Of a DNA stretch of 64,000 bases, positions 20,201-29,120 are shown piece after piece. The stretch comes from Candidatus Latescibacterota bacterium. GTDB lineage: Bacteria > Latescibacterota > UBA2968 > GCA-2709665. Within the stretch, counting starts at the first letter, position 1; each line of letters starts with the position of its first letter. Below the pieces are notes generated by a model. That model was not told the DNA's origin, did no database searches, and saw only the letters and a list, made by a program, of their open reading frames with translations. Where the stretch lies: the NCBI GenBank assembly GCA_965205485.1, contig OZ242180.1, positions 4,352,001 through 4,416,000 of the forward strand, read 5' to 3'. Position numbers and translations under genes: made by a program.

Positions 20201-22818
20201 ACGCGGTATCGAAGATCCCGACCGGCGACGGGATTGCCATGAACATCCGTCACGATCACGGGAATGCGTATCGGTACGCCGACCCGGGAATGGCCATAGT
20301 CAAACTCGGGTTGCCGCAGTCCCACGTAGTGATCGTACGGGTCAACCGTGAGGTGGCGACGCTGGATGTTTGGGCGGCCCCCTTTTTCCATAACTTCGGC
20401 CGTGATCACCGCCTGGAGCGCCGAGGGTACATTTACAAGAGGGGGGAGGGGCCATTCCACGTGCACGCTGCCTTCGGCGTCGAGTCGGCCCTTGAACAGG
20501 ACCGCGTCCACGGGCTGATAGTCAATCAGCGCGTTGTTGAAACTGAATGACGGGTATTGCGGAAACTTTCTGACTGCGTCTTGCAGAGAGACGCTAATTT
20601 CGGTTTCCAGTTCGGAGGCGGGGCTGCCGAACAGGTAGGCACTTTGAAAATCGGCGATGAGGAATTCGTCCTCCGGAACCAGGCGCTCTTTGACAGGCGT
20701 GATCTTCGTCTTGATGCGAGATGGCACAACCGTCTCAACCTTCAGTACGTGGTCGAAGGTGCTGTCGCCGATCCGGAGTCGAGCGCGCCAGTTACCCGTT
20801 GGATCTTCAGGCCGGGTGGCAAAGACAAAGGTGTAAAGTCCCTCACGGCTTTCCAGTTGGACCTGCTCGAAGACAAGCTGATCTCTCGGGTTGAATATCC
20901 TGCAGGTGGCTGGATGGTCATCGGGGAAGGTGTTGTCCTGATGGCGGGCGATGACCGATACGTTAATTTCGTCACCGGGACGATACACGCCTCGTTCCGT
21001 GTAGACGAACGCGCGAGTACCGCCGCGAAGCGATTTCACGCCGCCAACGTCAAAGGTGGACATATTCCAGGCCATGGCGGTATTGCCGGGCTCGATAAGG
21101 CTGCGTTGCCCGCGATATTCGGCTTCCACGTAGAAGACACCCTCCTCAACATCTTTAAAACGTGCCACGCCCCGAGCGTCAGTCGTGTCGCTTGCCGCGA
21201 TCTGGTTCTGATAGGTACGCAAGTTGATCCGGACGCCGGACAGCGGCCGGGCATCCTTGACGTGAGTGGCGTACACGATCTGAAGATCCTCACCGCGCTT
21301 GTAGGTCAATCCGACGTCACTGATTATCAGTGGCTTATACACCCGACCATGAGCCTCGATATAGCTGTAGTGTTCCGGATTGGAACCATAGGAATAGGAC
21401 CCCCTGCGGTCATAGGCCGAGGGCCGATAGAGCATGTCCGGTCTTTCAAAGCTGAGCTGGACAAGAAAGAGGCCCCTTTCATTGTCGGCGATCAGCGCTC
21501 CAAGATCCAGTTCGTGTTCCAGCCAGATGTTTCGTTTCTCAGATATCTCGAGCGTGTCGCTGGCGACTCGCACGCCGACCCGCCGCACATTTTGGTCCTG
21601 GAACGAATGGCGTCGTTCTCTGCCGCTGTCGAGGCGCTCGGTCTGCAAAAACTGCCCCAGGTTCGAGTCGAAGACTTTCTTCACTTCGACGAAGGCTCTT
21701 TTCAGATTGAGGGTTGCAAACCGAAGCCGTTTTTTTCTGGACGATGCCAGGAAGACCCCGTCCCGGGCGAAACGTAACTGAGGTTTCCGGTCTGCGAAAC
21801 TAACCTTCTCGTGTATGACTTTCTTTGTGCGCGTGCCCCATCTGCTGCGAATGCCCGGATGGAGGGCCACATAATAGGACCAGCCGTGTATGAAATCCCC
21901 GTCGACGAAGATCTGCTTGCCGGAGACCGTCAAGCGAACCTGCATTTGCGGTTGCATCTGAACCAGACCCTCGATCGGGTGTCGTGCGTCCAGCTCGTCG
22001 GAAAAAACAAGGATGAGACGACGTCTTGCGCCTTCTTCGTCTCTCTTGACTTCCACCACCGCCATATCCTGAAGTGGCGCAAGGGTTATGTACTTCCGGT
22101 ACGGTTCGGAGAGTTCGAGTAGTGCATCGTCCACGATCAGCGTGAAATCTTTCGATTTCTCGTCCCTTTCAATAACGGAACTGGCAAAAGTAAAGTCCCT
22201 GCCGGAAGCGTCAGCCTGCCAGGTCATGGACAATCGCGTGTTTCCATACCTGAGCGTTGCCGCGTCAATTACCGTCTGCAAGTCGGCGTGTTCAGTCAGC
22301 ACCAGACGACCCCGGTAGATCAGATAACGCGGATCGTTGTCGACTCTGAGCTCGAAATCGCCTTCAAGTGAACGGATCTCACGACCCGCGACGTCAAAGG
22401 TGAAACGCAGGGGTTCCAGGCGGGCAAACGCGGGCCGGAGCGCCGCAAGCTTCAACTCGGCCTGGTAGGACTGGCGTCGTTTCATCGGGCGATTGGGACG
22501 GAAGGACAGTTCCCGAGTCGTTTCCCAGCTCGTAATGCCGCTAATGTGAGGGGCAAATGTGAACACCTGCTCCTTCAGTGCGTGGCCGACAAGACCTGGC
22601 TCGATGACCGGTTCCACGAATCGGACGACAATCGCATCGCCGGATGCCACGGTTCCTGACGTAATGGCACTCACGATCTCCGCGAGTTCCGGCGGGATGG
22701 TCTTTCGCTGCGCATCTCCCGAGTCCCGGGCGCAGCCCGTCAGGAATACAAACATCAGCATTACAAACCGGCTCAGGATTCGTCGCGCTGCTTTCGTCAA
22801 CGGAGAGTCTACTTGCAT
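17293..22818 (-). CDS. Bacterial alpha-2-macroglobulin family lipoprotein (YfhM-like)
   Basis: 1841 aa; lipobox FLTGC; YTERGVYRPGD; VDEGLLSLT; thioester motif YPYGCVEQT; C-terminal VEAMY. Confidence 0.93.
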   Translation of the reverse strand: MQVDSPLTKAARRILSRFVMLMFVFLTGCARDSGDAQRKTIPPELAEIVSAITSGTVASGDAIVVRFVEPVIEPGLVGHALKEQVFTFAPHISGITSWETTRELSFRPNRPMKRRQSYQAELKLAALRPAFARLEPLRFTFDVAGREIRSLEGDFELRVDNDPRYLIYRGRLVLTEHADLQTVIDAATLRYGNTRLSMTWQADASGRDFTFASSVIERDEKSKDFTLIVDDALLELSEPYRKYITLAPLQDMAVVEVKRDEEGARRRLILVFSDELDARHPIEGLVQMQPQMQVRLTVSGKQIFVDGDFIHGWSYYVALHPGIRSRWGTRTKKVIHEKVSFADRKPQLRFARDGVFLASSRKKRLRFATLNLKRAFVEVKKVFDSNLGQFLQTERLDSGRERRHSFQDQNVRRVGVRVASDTLEISEKRNIWLEHELDLGALIADNERGLFLVQLSFERPDMLYRPSAYDRRGSYSYGSNPEHYSYIEAHGRVYKPLIISDVGLTYKRGEDLQIVYATHVKDARPLSGVRINLRTYQNQIAASDTTDARGVARFKDVEEGVFYVEAEYRGQRSLIEPGNTAMAWNMSTFDVGGVKSLRGGTRAFVYTERGVYRPGDEINVSVIARHQDNTFPDDHPATCRIFNPRDQLVFEQVQLESREGLYTFVFATRPEDPTGNWRARLRIGDSTFDHVLKVETVVPSRIKTKITPVKERLVPEDEFLIADFQSAYLFGSPASELETEISVSLQDAVRKFPQYPSFSFNNALIDYQPVDAVLFKGRLDAEGSVHVEWPLPPLVNVPSALQAVITAEVMEKGGRPNIQRRHLTVDPYDHYVGLRQPEFDYGHSRVGVPIRIPVIVTDVHGNPVAGRDLRYRVYRGITHWWWEYENREAFRRRYKSDRRTELVLEERVVSTHEPIDLLLKPEDEGEYLIEVTDGDEGHTASCLIRAFPWGRSLAGKGSEATLVMKSDRKSYRVGERARIRFPVPKKGSVLFSIEQGRRVLDSRWHFLDGAREEADISFPVTAEMVPTAYASVSLIQPHGQADNDRPIRLFGTLPIPVFDVDTHLDFDVDLPETLRPGERFEVGVKSSIADSVEFTIAIVDEGLLSLTDFPTPDPRGFFFQKQSLQVRTFDLFSHVIGVPKGDPFKTFSIGGGFAAEEPVPYGKRRRFPPVSMFAGPLSTDASGHARVAFTMPNYVGAVRTMVVGARGKSFGHAERTTEVKNDLMVVSSLPRVIGPGDRIQVPATAYALADSIGRVDVSINVWGPLTILGEARHGVDFSGGGERDVVFEIQADDAVGPATIVVEAVAAGARATRETHLEVRPSSAPLYESREQEIVPGGSVSFAVPDRGLPGTNRAWISVRRRPDFNFENQMHRLVRYPYGCVEQTVSAVFPQLYLKDLVDLPLEKRKAVAAEIDERINAAINRLRRFSLPDGSFSLWPGHRYTSVWGSVYAGHFLIEARKLGYHVPEDLYESWLRYQQSQSASTGDPLKVRAYRVYLLALAGNPAHSAMNLLKENDLLNMENSDRWLLATAYLHAGTQRTAREIAGSTGLTVEEYSEFAGTYGSDLRDRALILENLVALKRWSMADSLAKDVARAVKADWHSTQTTGVALLALGKYVIALQQGNGTPASLTGHVRLPEGGTAPFDFEGLGFRWELASGFGEEVQVHLKATNTVSRAFVSLDWEGVPLQDSGQDEAQHIGLSVDWLDEDGTRIDPGSLAQGATFWGHFRVENESGEGRLDEVALTQLLPAGWEIDNTRLATEARPEWMDQWRLNVEDYLDVRDDRVNWFFDLPRRGVPLDFVVKLNAVTRGSFTLPPTHVEAMYNRDFRARRAGGAVVVTHR

Positions 22819-23051
22819 ATCAATTCGTGCCTCCCTGAGTGTGGGGGGAAGCGCCGTCGGCGGTTCCCATTGCCTGGTACTGTGTGAACGGAGTCATTGC
22901 CCCTCAAGCCAGGCGCCTGACATCCTTCCAGGCGCACGGCTTGCGTAACCAACCAGACATTATGTAGCTGTGCAACACACTATCGCGTCGCCAGGCGGAA
23001 TCCAGGTCAGAATAGCGAATTCAAACGGCGTTGGTCTGCTTCATCGGTGTT

Positions 23052-23345
23052 TTAATGGGTGATTACCGTAGACAAGGCGGGGGCGTCGCAGTTTTGCGCC
23101 AGCCAGACGCGCAGTTTCGTCCTGGCTTTTTCATTCGGCGCTTGTTTGAGCGCGCAGCAGTCGCCGAACGCGAGCAAGCAGTAGAAACGGGCATGGTCAA
23201 TGGGCCCGAATCCGCTCCGGCATCTCTCCCCGCAGACGGCCTCCAAATTCTGCAGCGCCTGCTGCATCGGGTCCCCCGCGGGCGTCGCCGGCGTTTCCGC
23301 TGAAGGTTCCCCGCCCGCCATCACCATGGCCCAGTCCGTGAGGCC
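23052..23345 (-). pseudogene. Second orphan fragment of the Cys-rich C-terminal module, truncated at both ends
   Basis: GLTDWAMVM...DPMQQALQNLEAVCGERCRSGFGPIDHARFYCLLAFGDCCALK...LAQNC; lacks the terminal GKCxYC and has no N-terminal region. Confidence 0.85.
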
Positions 23346-23402
23346 GTGTACTTAAACTTCCGCAGGACCGTCACGCTCGCTCCGATATTGCACATGATTC
23401 GG

Positions 23403-24272
23403 CTAAAAATCACACATTGAATCACTTACGTTATTCCACTCAGTTACCTGATCACCGTCTCGAAATATAGCAGACTTGCATGTTTCTCCTCGCGGCCTAT
23501 GCGGATTAAAACTCAACCACCTGCCTTCTTTTTTCCCTGCCACCCAACTGCGTTTTTCTTTTTCGCCACGATCCCATCGTATAACCCAATGCCCGTGGGG
23601 CACACCGTCCACATACGGACCTTCACCCGATGCACCTCTCATTCGCTCCACCCAACGGCCTTCCTTTTTCCCCCTCGCGAGGCGACCCGTCTCCGAGTGT
23701 CTTTCGTCGCCTCTGGTCCAGATCAGCGTCCCGTCGCCGTGCGCAAGACTACCGAAACGCTTTCCAGACCAGGTCACCGTCTGGTCCTCGTAGTAATAAC
23801 CGTCCCAGATATAGCATTGGGGATGGTTGGCCAATTCCTTCCAACACACGGCACCCTCCGGCTTGCCGGTGCACAATTCCTCGGCACTGATCTGCGTTTC
23901 TTCAACCTCAAGCAATAACGCTAACGCGTCCCTGTAGAACTCACCCTCTCTCCCCGTTTCTGATAGGTATTTGTCAATCGATTTCAATGCGATCTTGACC
24001 GAACCCGCGGAGAGGGCTGCGCGCGCATACTTGAAGTGAAAGCCGGCAGGCAATTTGAATTCGTCGTCCTTTTGCAGGGCGATGATCTTATCCATCACTT
24101 CGAGAGCCCCTGCATAGTCCTCTTTTGCATGCAATTGCTCCGCCTTGATCAGATGTTTGTCCGCCATCATCTCCGGCGGTAAATCGATCGAGGCTTGTAC
24201 GACAGACAGACATACGGCAGTGGAAAACGCTGTAACGCATAGAAATACAAAGACTCGGATCGGCCTACGCAT
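23403..24272 (-). CDS. Secreted protein: LPPE helical (TPR-like) module + Cys-containing linker + MORN-like repeats
   Basis: Signal peptide; DLPPEMMADKHLI...FHFKYAR...YLSETGREGEFYRDALALL; CWKELANHPQCYIW; EGPYVDGVPHGHW repeats; AAGGAG RBS. Confidence 0.85.
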   Translation of the reverse strand: MRRPIRVFVFLCVTAFSTAVCLSVVQASIDLPPEMMADKHLIKAEQLHAKEDYAGALEVMDKIIALQKDDEFKLPAGFHFKYARAALSAGSVKIALKSIDKYLSETGREGEFYRDALALLLEVEETQISAEELCTGKPEGAVCWKELANHPQCYIWDGYYYEDQTVTWSGKRFGSLAHGDGTLIWTRGDERHSETGRLARGKKEGRWVERMRGASGEGPYVDGVPHGHWVIRWDRGEKEKRSWVAGKKEGRWLSFNPHRPRGETCKSAIFRDGDQVTEWNNVSDSMCDF

Positions 24273-24705
24273 GGTTAACTCCTTTAGACTTCTTCAACCA
24301 TTTGCCCGGACATCGTTGCGCTTACGGGAAATCTACGGGTGGGCGACATATTTGCGGCTATGTGATACTGAATAAGTGCTCCACTCATACACGGTCCCGA
24401 ATGGACGCCATTTGAGAGAGCTTCAGCTGCATCGAGCGCATAACTTCAAACTTCCGCAACAAGCAGGGCATTCAAGAGGGTATACTGTGCTGAACCGGTA
24501 ATGAGATACATTCATCACGGACCGGCCGTCTTCGCTGATGATGATCGAACCCTGCATCCCGACCGGTGGCGAGTCCGACCGTGGAGTCGTTGGCGGGATC
24601 GTTATTTTAAGCCCGATAGGTCGGCATTTGGTTGGATCAAGCAGCATGAATCTTACACTCTAGCGACTCGACGCGTTCCGAAGGGGCGTAATGACATCCG
24701 AGTCT

Positions 24706-25570
24706 TCAGAGTATCTCACCGCTCTGCAGAGGCGTAACGCCGGAATCGTCCTTCACTTTCGCGTCGATACCCGTGTCATGACAGGCCCTGACCGCATCAA
24801 GGGTCGCGGTCTTGAAATATTCGTCGGTCTCCCACCCCCTGCAACTCACCGCGAACTGTGCCCGGTTCATCACCTCCAGGGCCTCGACGTAGTGCTGACC
24901 CCCGCGTCCTGATACCGCCAGGTACCTCATCACCGACTCAAGCGCTTGTTCGGGCATGTCCACAGAATTCGCTGCGTGCGCCAACCTGAAGTGAAATGCA
25001 TTGGGAAGGTCCAGTTCGTGCTTTTCCTTCAGCTTCTGGATGTCTTGAATTGCGGTTCGCGCTCGGTCGAGGTCGCCGTCTCGAATCGCATGCTCCGCGT
25101 CCGAGAGTTTGGCGTCCGCGATGATGTCGGGGGATAGCTCCGCTAATACATAGCCTCGCGACGACCTGGCCGTCGACTTGTTCATCAGCGCGAGGGCCTC
25201 GCCATGGAACTGGCCCTCGCGTCCAGCCGCAGCCAGGTACTTCACGACGGATTCGAACGCCACCTGCGACATGCCGAGAGCGCCCGCTGCACGCGCAATC
25301 CTGAAGTTGAACTCAACCTCCAGGTCCAATTCGTGCTGGTTGCGCAAGGTGCGAATCTTGTGAATCACGGTCCTGCCTCGGTCAAGATCGCCGTCGTGTA
25401 CGGCCTGCTCAACCTGCAGCAGATATGCGTCCGCCGTGATTGTCCGGCGGGAGCGGTCGCTGACCTGGGTCGACGCGCTGGGCTGATGCGATAGAAAGGA
25501 TGCCGAACAAGATGACTAAGAGAATGCAAGTGATACCCGAAATCGTGGAATGACTTGTCGATACAGACAT
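24706..25570 (-). pseudogene. Frameshifted, truncated family member: signal peptide + two LPPE modules + start of an ankyrin array
   Basis: Signal/QRVDPGQRPLPPD, then a +1 frameshift near 25440 into ITADAYLLQVEQAV..; second module ELSPDIIADAKL..; CRGWETDEYFK cap; ends at DDSGVTPLQ, within the first ankyrin repeat. Confidence 0.85.
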
Positions 25571-26009
25571 GGCGCCGCTCCCTTCCTCAAACCCAGCTTT
25601 TATCACGTCACCGAATGCACCGTGGCAAGAAGCAGTGTTTCTTGACTCCAGGGTAAATTGCCATTTGGATCGAGTTTTAGGCCTGATTCGGGGTGCCAAC
25701 GATTACATTGCCGGCCAAGAATCGACGACCCTATGGGATATTTCGAAATAAACCAGGCGACGGTTGTTGTGTATTGGATCCGGTAAATGTGGTAAATTTC
25801 ACGACGGCATCACGAGCGCGGTGACAGGATGCCGCCGTCACCGAGACGAATAGCCCATATGATCCAAATTGGCTCACGAACGGCGGCGCTTAGGCCCGCG
25901 TGAACTCAAGTCGGTGGGACCGAGGCCAAGATTAGGATCGGTTAAGATTTCCGGACCCATGTTTTGGGAACACACCATCCGATCTCAGCACGCCTTGGAC
26001 TTATTCTGG

Positions 26010-26216
26010 ATCAACAGCCACCCAGTTCCGGATCGTCGCCTCGAAGGGCTCGAACACCTTCGCCGTCTTTCTCGGCGTGCGTACAAATTGCACCAAATCC
26101 ACTATGTGTTGCCCGAATTCGGGCGCAATGGCAGTACGGATCTAGGCATGGTGAATCTCCTTTCTTGTAATCAAAACAACAGGAAGATGGGTGTCCACCA
26201 AATCAGGTCAACTCCA
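26010..26216 (-). mobile_element. Degenerate IS3-family remnant (left end and start of OrfA)
   Basis: End TGGAGTTGACCTGATTTGGTGGACACC from 26216; RBS and ATG 26149; with one frameshift it reads MPRS.TAIAPEFGQHIVDLV..RTP...FEPFEATIRNWV, resembling IS3 OrfA HTH regions. Confidence 0.65.
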
Positions 26217-26243
26217 AGTAGTGCGAATTGTCGCTAACACGAG

Positions 26244-27566
26244 CTAAGCAGTAAACTGCCCGACTATGCCCATTTCAGTCTTCTTCGTCCTAAATATCTT
26301 CCAAGAGATCTGTCTTCCATTGACGGACACAAGCATAGCATTCGAGTGCCCAGTGTAGTGCTCGCACCTTCTCACTCTGCAGTCATATGAGATTCCACCA
26401 TCTGTCTCGTGAGTTGCTTTGGCCTTGTACTTATCGAAAGCTGACTTGTCAAGTTGGTTTATGGGACTTGACATCAGCTCGTGCAGGAGCGTGCTACCGG
26501 ACGCCCGATTGATAGACATAGTCGCGTGGCAGGAACTGTGCATATCACCAGTGAGAAAAACGATACGGGTAATACTATTCGACGCGACGAATTCAACTAC
26601 TTCGTCGCGCTGCTTCTTAAACTCTGTTGCGCACCACTTGTCTTTACCGTTCTTGATATCAACGACGAATGGCACGCTAGTCACAACAAACTTGAGATCG
26701 TGTTTGTAGCGTTGCAGCCATTGCTTGAAGCGAGTCATTTGATCGTTTCCGATGATCTGGGTTTCTCCTTCCGTATGTCCGAGTCGTTCAGTGCGAACGT
26801 CCATAACAAAAAATCGCGTGCTTCCGTAGGAGAAGTCGTAATACAATGCCTGACTGCCGTACCGATTTGGATGACGGATGTGCACAAATTCGCGATAAAC
26901 CTTCATGCTAATCAGTTTGAACTGTTGCGGCGTTGCAGATACCGTCGGAGTATCGAAATCGTTCGCGAAGTCGTTGGTTATCTCATGGTCGTCCATAATC
27001 ATATACTGAGGAAGTTGAGTGAGGAATCTTCGTGTAGGCCTGCTGTCACCCCAGGCATCTAGATATTTGGTCCGGTATTTCTCTATGTCTGGAGAGTTGT
27101 ACGGGATTGGGATATCGTAGTAGATCTGGTCTCCACAATGTATCATGAATTTCACGTCATGCTGACGGGATCTGTCTAACAGCTCCTCAAAGGCCCTATC
27201 AGGCGACGAGATCAAGCCCAACGAGTGGAGGTTACAACTACCTAGAAGAAACGTGAAATCTACCTCTTGGTCTACGGGAGGTGCAGTACTAAACTTCCCA
27301 CGACAGTGTCCGTAATCCACCCACAGGTGTCGCTGACTAGCTCTTCGCGTTGAGAAAGCCACCTCGCACTGATATTCTCGATTGGCTTTCAGACCGTTCA
27401 CTTCGACTGTACCTGTGTACCCATGTCGCTCCTCAAGCCCCACGGTCATGTTGTGCGACTCGTCATTGTCGTACACACGAACATGCGCAACGGGATATCT
27501 TCGGTCGCCCCGTACCCAGATCGTTGCAGCTTCCTCAGAAACGTGGCCTATGATGAGCCTAGGCAT
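26244..27566 (-). CDS. Alkaline phosphatase D (PhoD)-family metallophosphatase
   Basis: FLLGSCN, HCGDQIYYD, MDDHEITND, MDVRTER, LTGDMH; AAGGAG RBS; visibly more AT-rich than neighbours. Confidence 0.88.
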   Translation of the reverse strand: MPRLIIGHVSEEAATIWVRGDRRYPVAHVRVYDNDESHNMTVGLEERHGYTGTVEVNGLKANREYQCEVAFSTRRASQRHLWVDYGHCRGKFSTAPPVDQEVDFTFLLGSCNLHSLGLISSPDRAFEELLDRSRQHDVKFMIHCGDQIYYDIPIPYNSPDIEKYRTKYLDAWGDSRPTRRFLTQLPQYMIMDDHEITNDFANDFDTPTVSATPQQFKLISMKVYREFVHIRHPNRYGSQALYYDFSYGSTRFFVMDVRTERLGHTEGETQIIGNDQMTRFKQWLQRYKHDLKFVVTSVPFVVDIKNGKDKWCATEFKKQRDEVVEFVASNSITRIVFLTGDMHSSCHATMSINRASGSTLLHELMSSPINQLDKSAFDKYKAKATHETDGGISYDCRVRRCEHYTGHSNAMLVSVNGRQISWKIFRTKKTEMGIVGQFTA

Positions 27567-27986
27567 GGTCTTCTCCTTGTCCGTCCAACGGCTTTAGATT
27601 TACATTTGAATTCCAATCCCTCCCTCTCGCCGTTGGGCGACAATTGTTGAAATTGGGATTGAAATCTCCCCAGCTCCTGTTTCGCTTTCTGCGAATTGTT
27701 GTTATTGTCCTGTAACCAAGTTCTCACCGGGTCACATTTTTTTCGATCTCACATGTGGCTTCTTAAACAGTTGTCTCGGCGACTTCCAATGCCTCTCGGA
27801 TTTCGACTCGGATTAGTACTTGTTAATCCACCAACTTCACTTCCACATCATCCTTGACTCCACTTCCCCGACGATCTGTTGTTGCTGTTGCAGAACCAGT
27901 TTCTTCACAACGACTGAAATGGCGAAGCCCTGCGTGCCAATAAAGAGTGAGACAGCTCCCCCTCCGAGATTGATGTCGTATATTGG

Positions 27987-29084
27987 GTGGAGAGGAGAGC
28001 ACGAGATGAGATCAAGAGTCGATGCAGGCACAATCACGTGCTTCTCAAGGCGGATGCAGCGGGTCCGGCGTGGGTGGATCGACAGATCACGGAGGCCTTT
28101 TCGTGCAATCGGTCAACGGTTGAGGGCATCCGGAAGCGATTTGTGATGGAGGGCCTGGATTCGGCCCTCGAGCGAAAGAAGCGCGCGCATCCGCCCACAC
28201 CCAGAAAGCTGGATGGTGCGAAGGAAGCCCGATTGATCGCGTTGGCTTGCAGTGAACCGCCAAAGGGACGTAAGCGGTGGACGCTGAAGCTGTTGGCCGA
28301 TGAGCTCGTGGCGTTGGAGATCGTCGATAGCATCTCATACCGAACGGTGCAACGGACGCTTAAAAAAACAAACTTAAGCCTCATCTGAGAAGGTGCTGGG
28401 TGATTCCGCCCGAGCAGAACGCCGCGTTTGTCGCCGCGATGGAGGACATCTTAGACGTCTATCAGCGGCCCTACGACGACAAGAAGCCGGTTGTCAATAT
28501 GGACGAACACCCGGTGCAGTTGGTCAAGGAGACGCGTGATGTGGTCGCAACACGTCCGGGCCAACCCGAACGTTACGACTACGAGTATGAACGGAACGGA
28601 ACCGCCGTGAACTTCATGTTCGCCGAACCGCTTTCGGGCTGGCGCAAGGTCCGTGTCAGACCCCGCAAGACCGCAGTAGACTGGGCTCAAGAGATCAAGG
28701 ATCTCCTGGATACGGACTACCCAAAAGCGGAAACCGTCGTCCTGGTGTGTGATAACCTCAACACGCACACGCCCGCGGCACTTTACAAGACGTTCTCACC
28801 CGAAGAGGCGCGTCGTCTGGCCAGGCGTCTCGAAATCCACTACACGCCCAAACACGGGAGTTGGCTCAACATCGCCGAGATCGAAATGAGCGTCTTGAGC
28901 AACCAATGCTTGAAGGAACGCATTCCCGATATCGAATCCCTCAAAGAGCAGGTCTCCGCCTGGACGAACGATCGCAACAACAAAAGCAAGGCTGTCAATT
29001 GGCGGTTCACGACCGAAGATGCTCGCATCAAACTGAAAAAGCTGTATCCAGAATACGAAGCCCTTTAGCCGTCAATAGGTACTA
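27987..29084 (+). mobile_element. IS630-family transposase with programmed -1 frameshift; 5' end apparently damaged or uncertain
   Basis: OrfA HTH (LACSEPPKGRKRWTLKLLA); slippery T-AAAAAAA-C at 28361-28369 giving KKNKLKPHLRRCWVIPP; DDE motifs MDE, DNLNTH, WLNIAEIE; right end GGTAC-TA at 29078-29084. Confidence 0.9.
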
Positions 29085-29120
29085 GTGCTCATGGGACGGG
29101 CTCGGCTTCTGTGACTCCGT

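Noticed and set aside
27814..27830. TA-GTACTTGTTAA as the left inverted repeat of the IS630
   Set aside because: It only partly matches the right end, and the intervening DNA reads as a decayed minus-strand gene rather than a transposase N-terminus; left unresolved.
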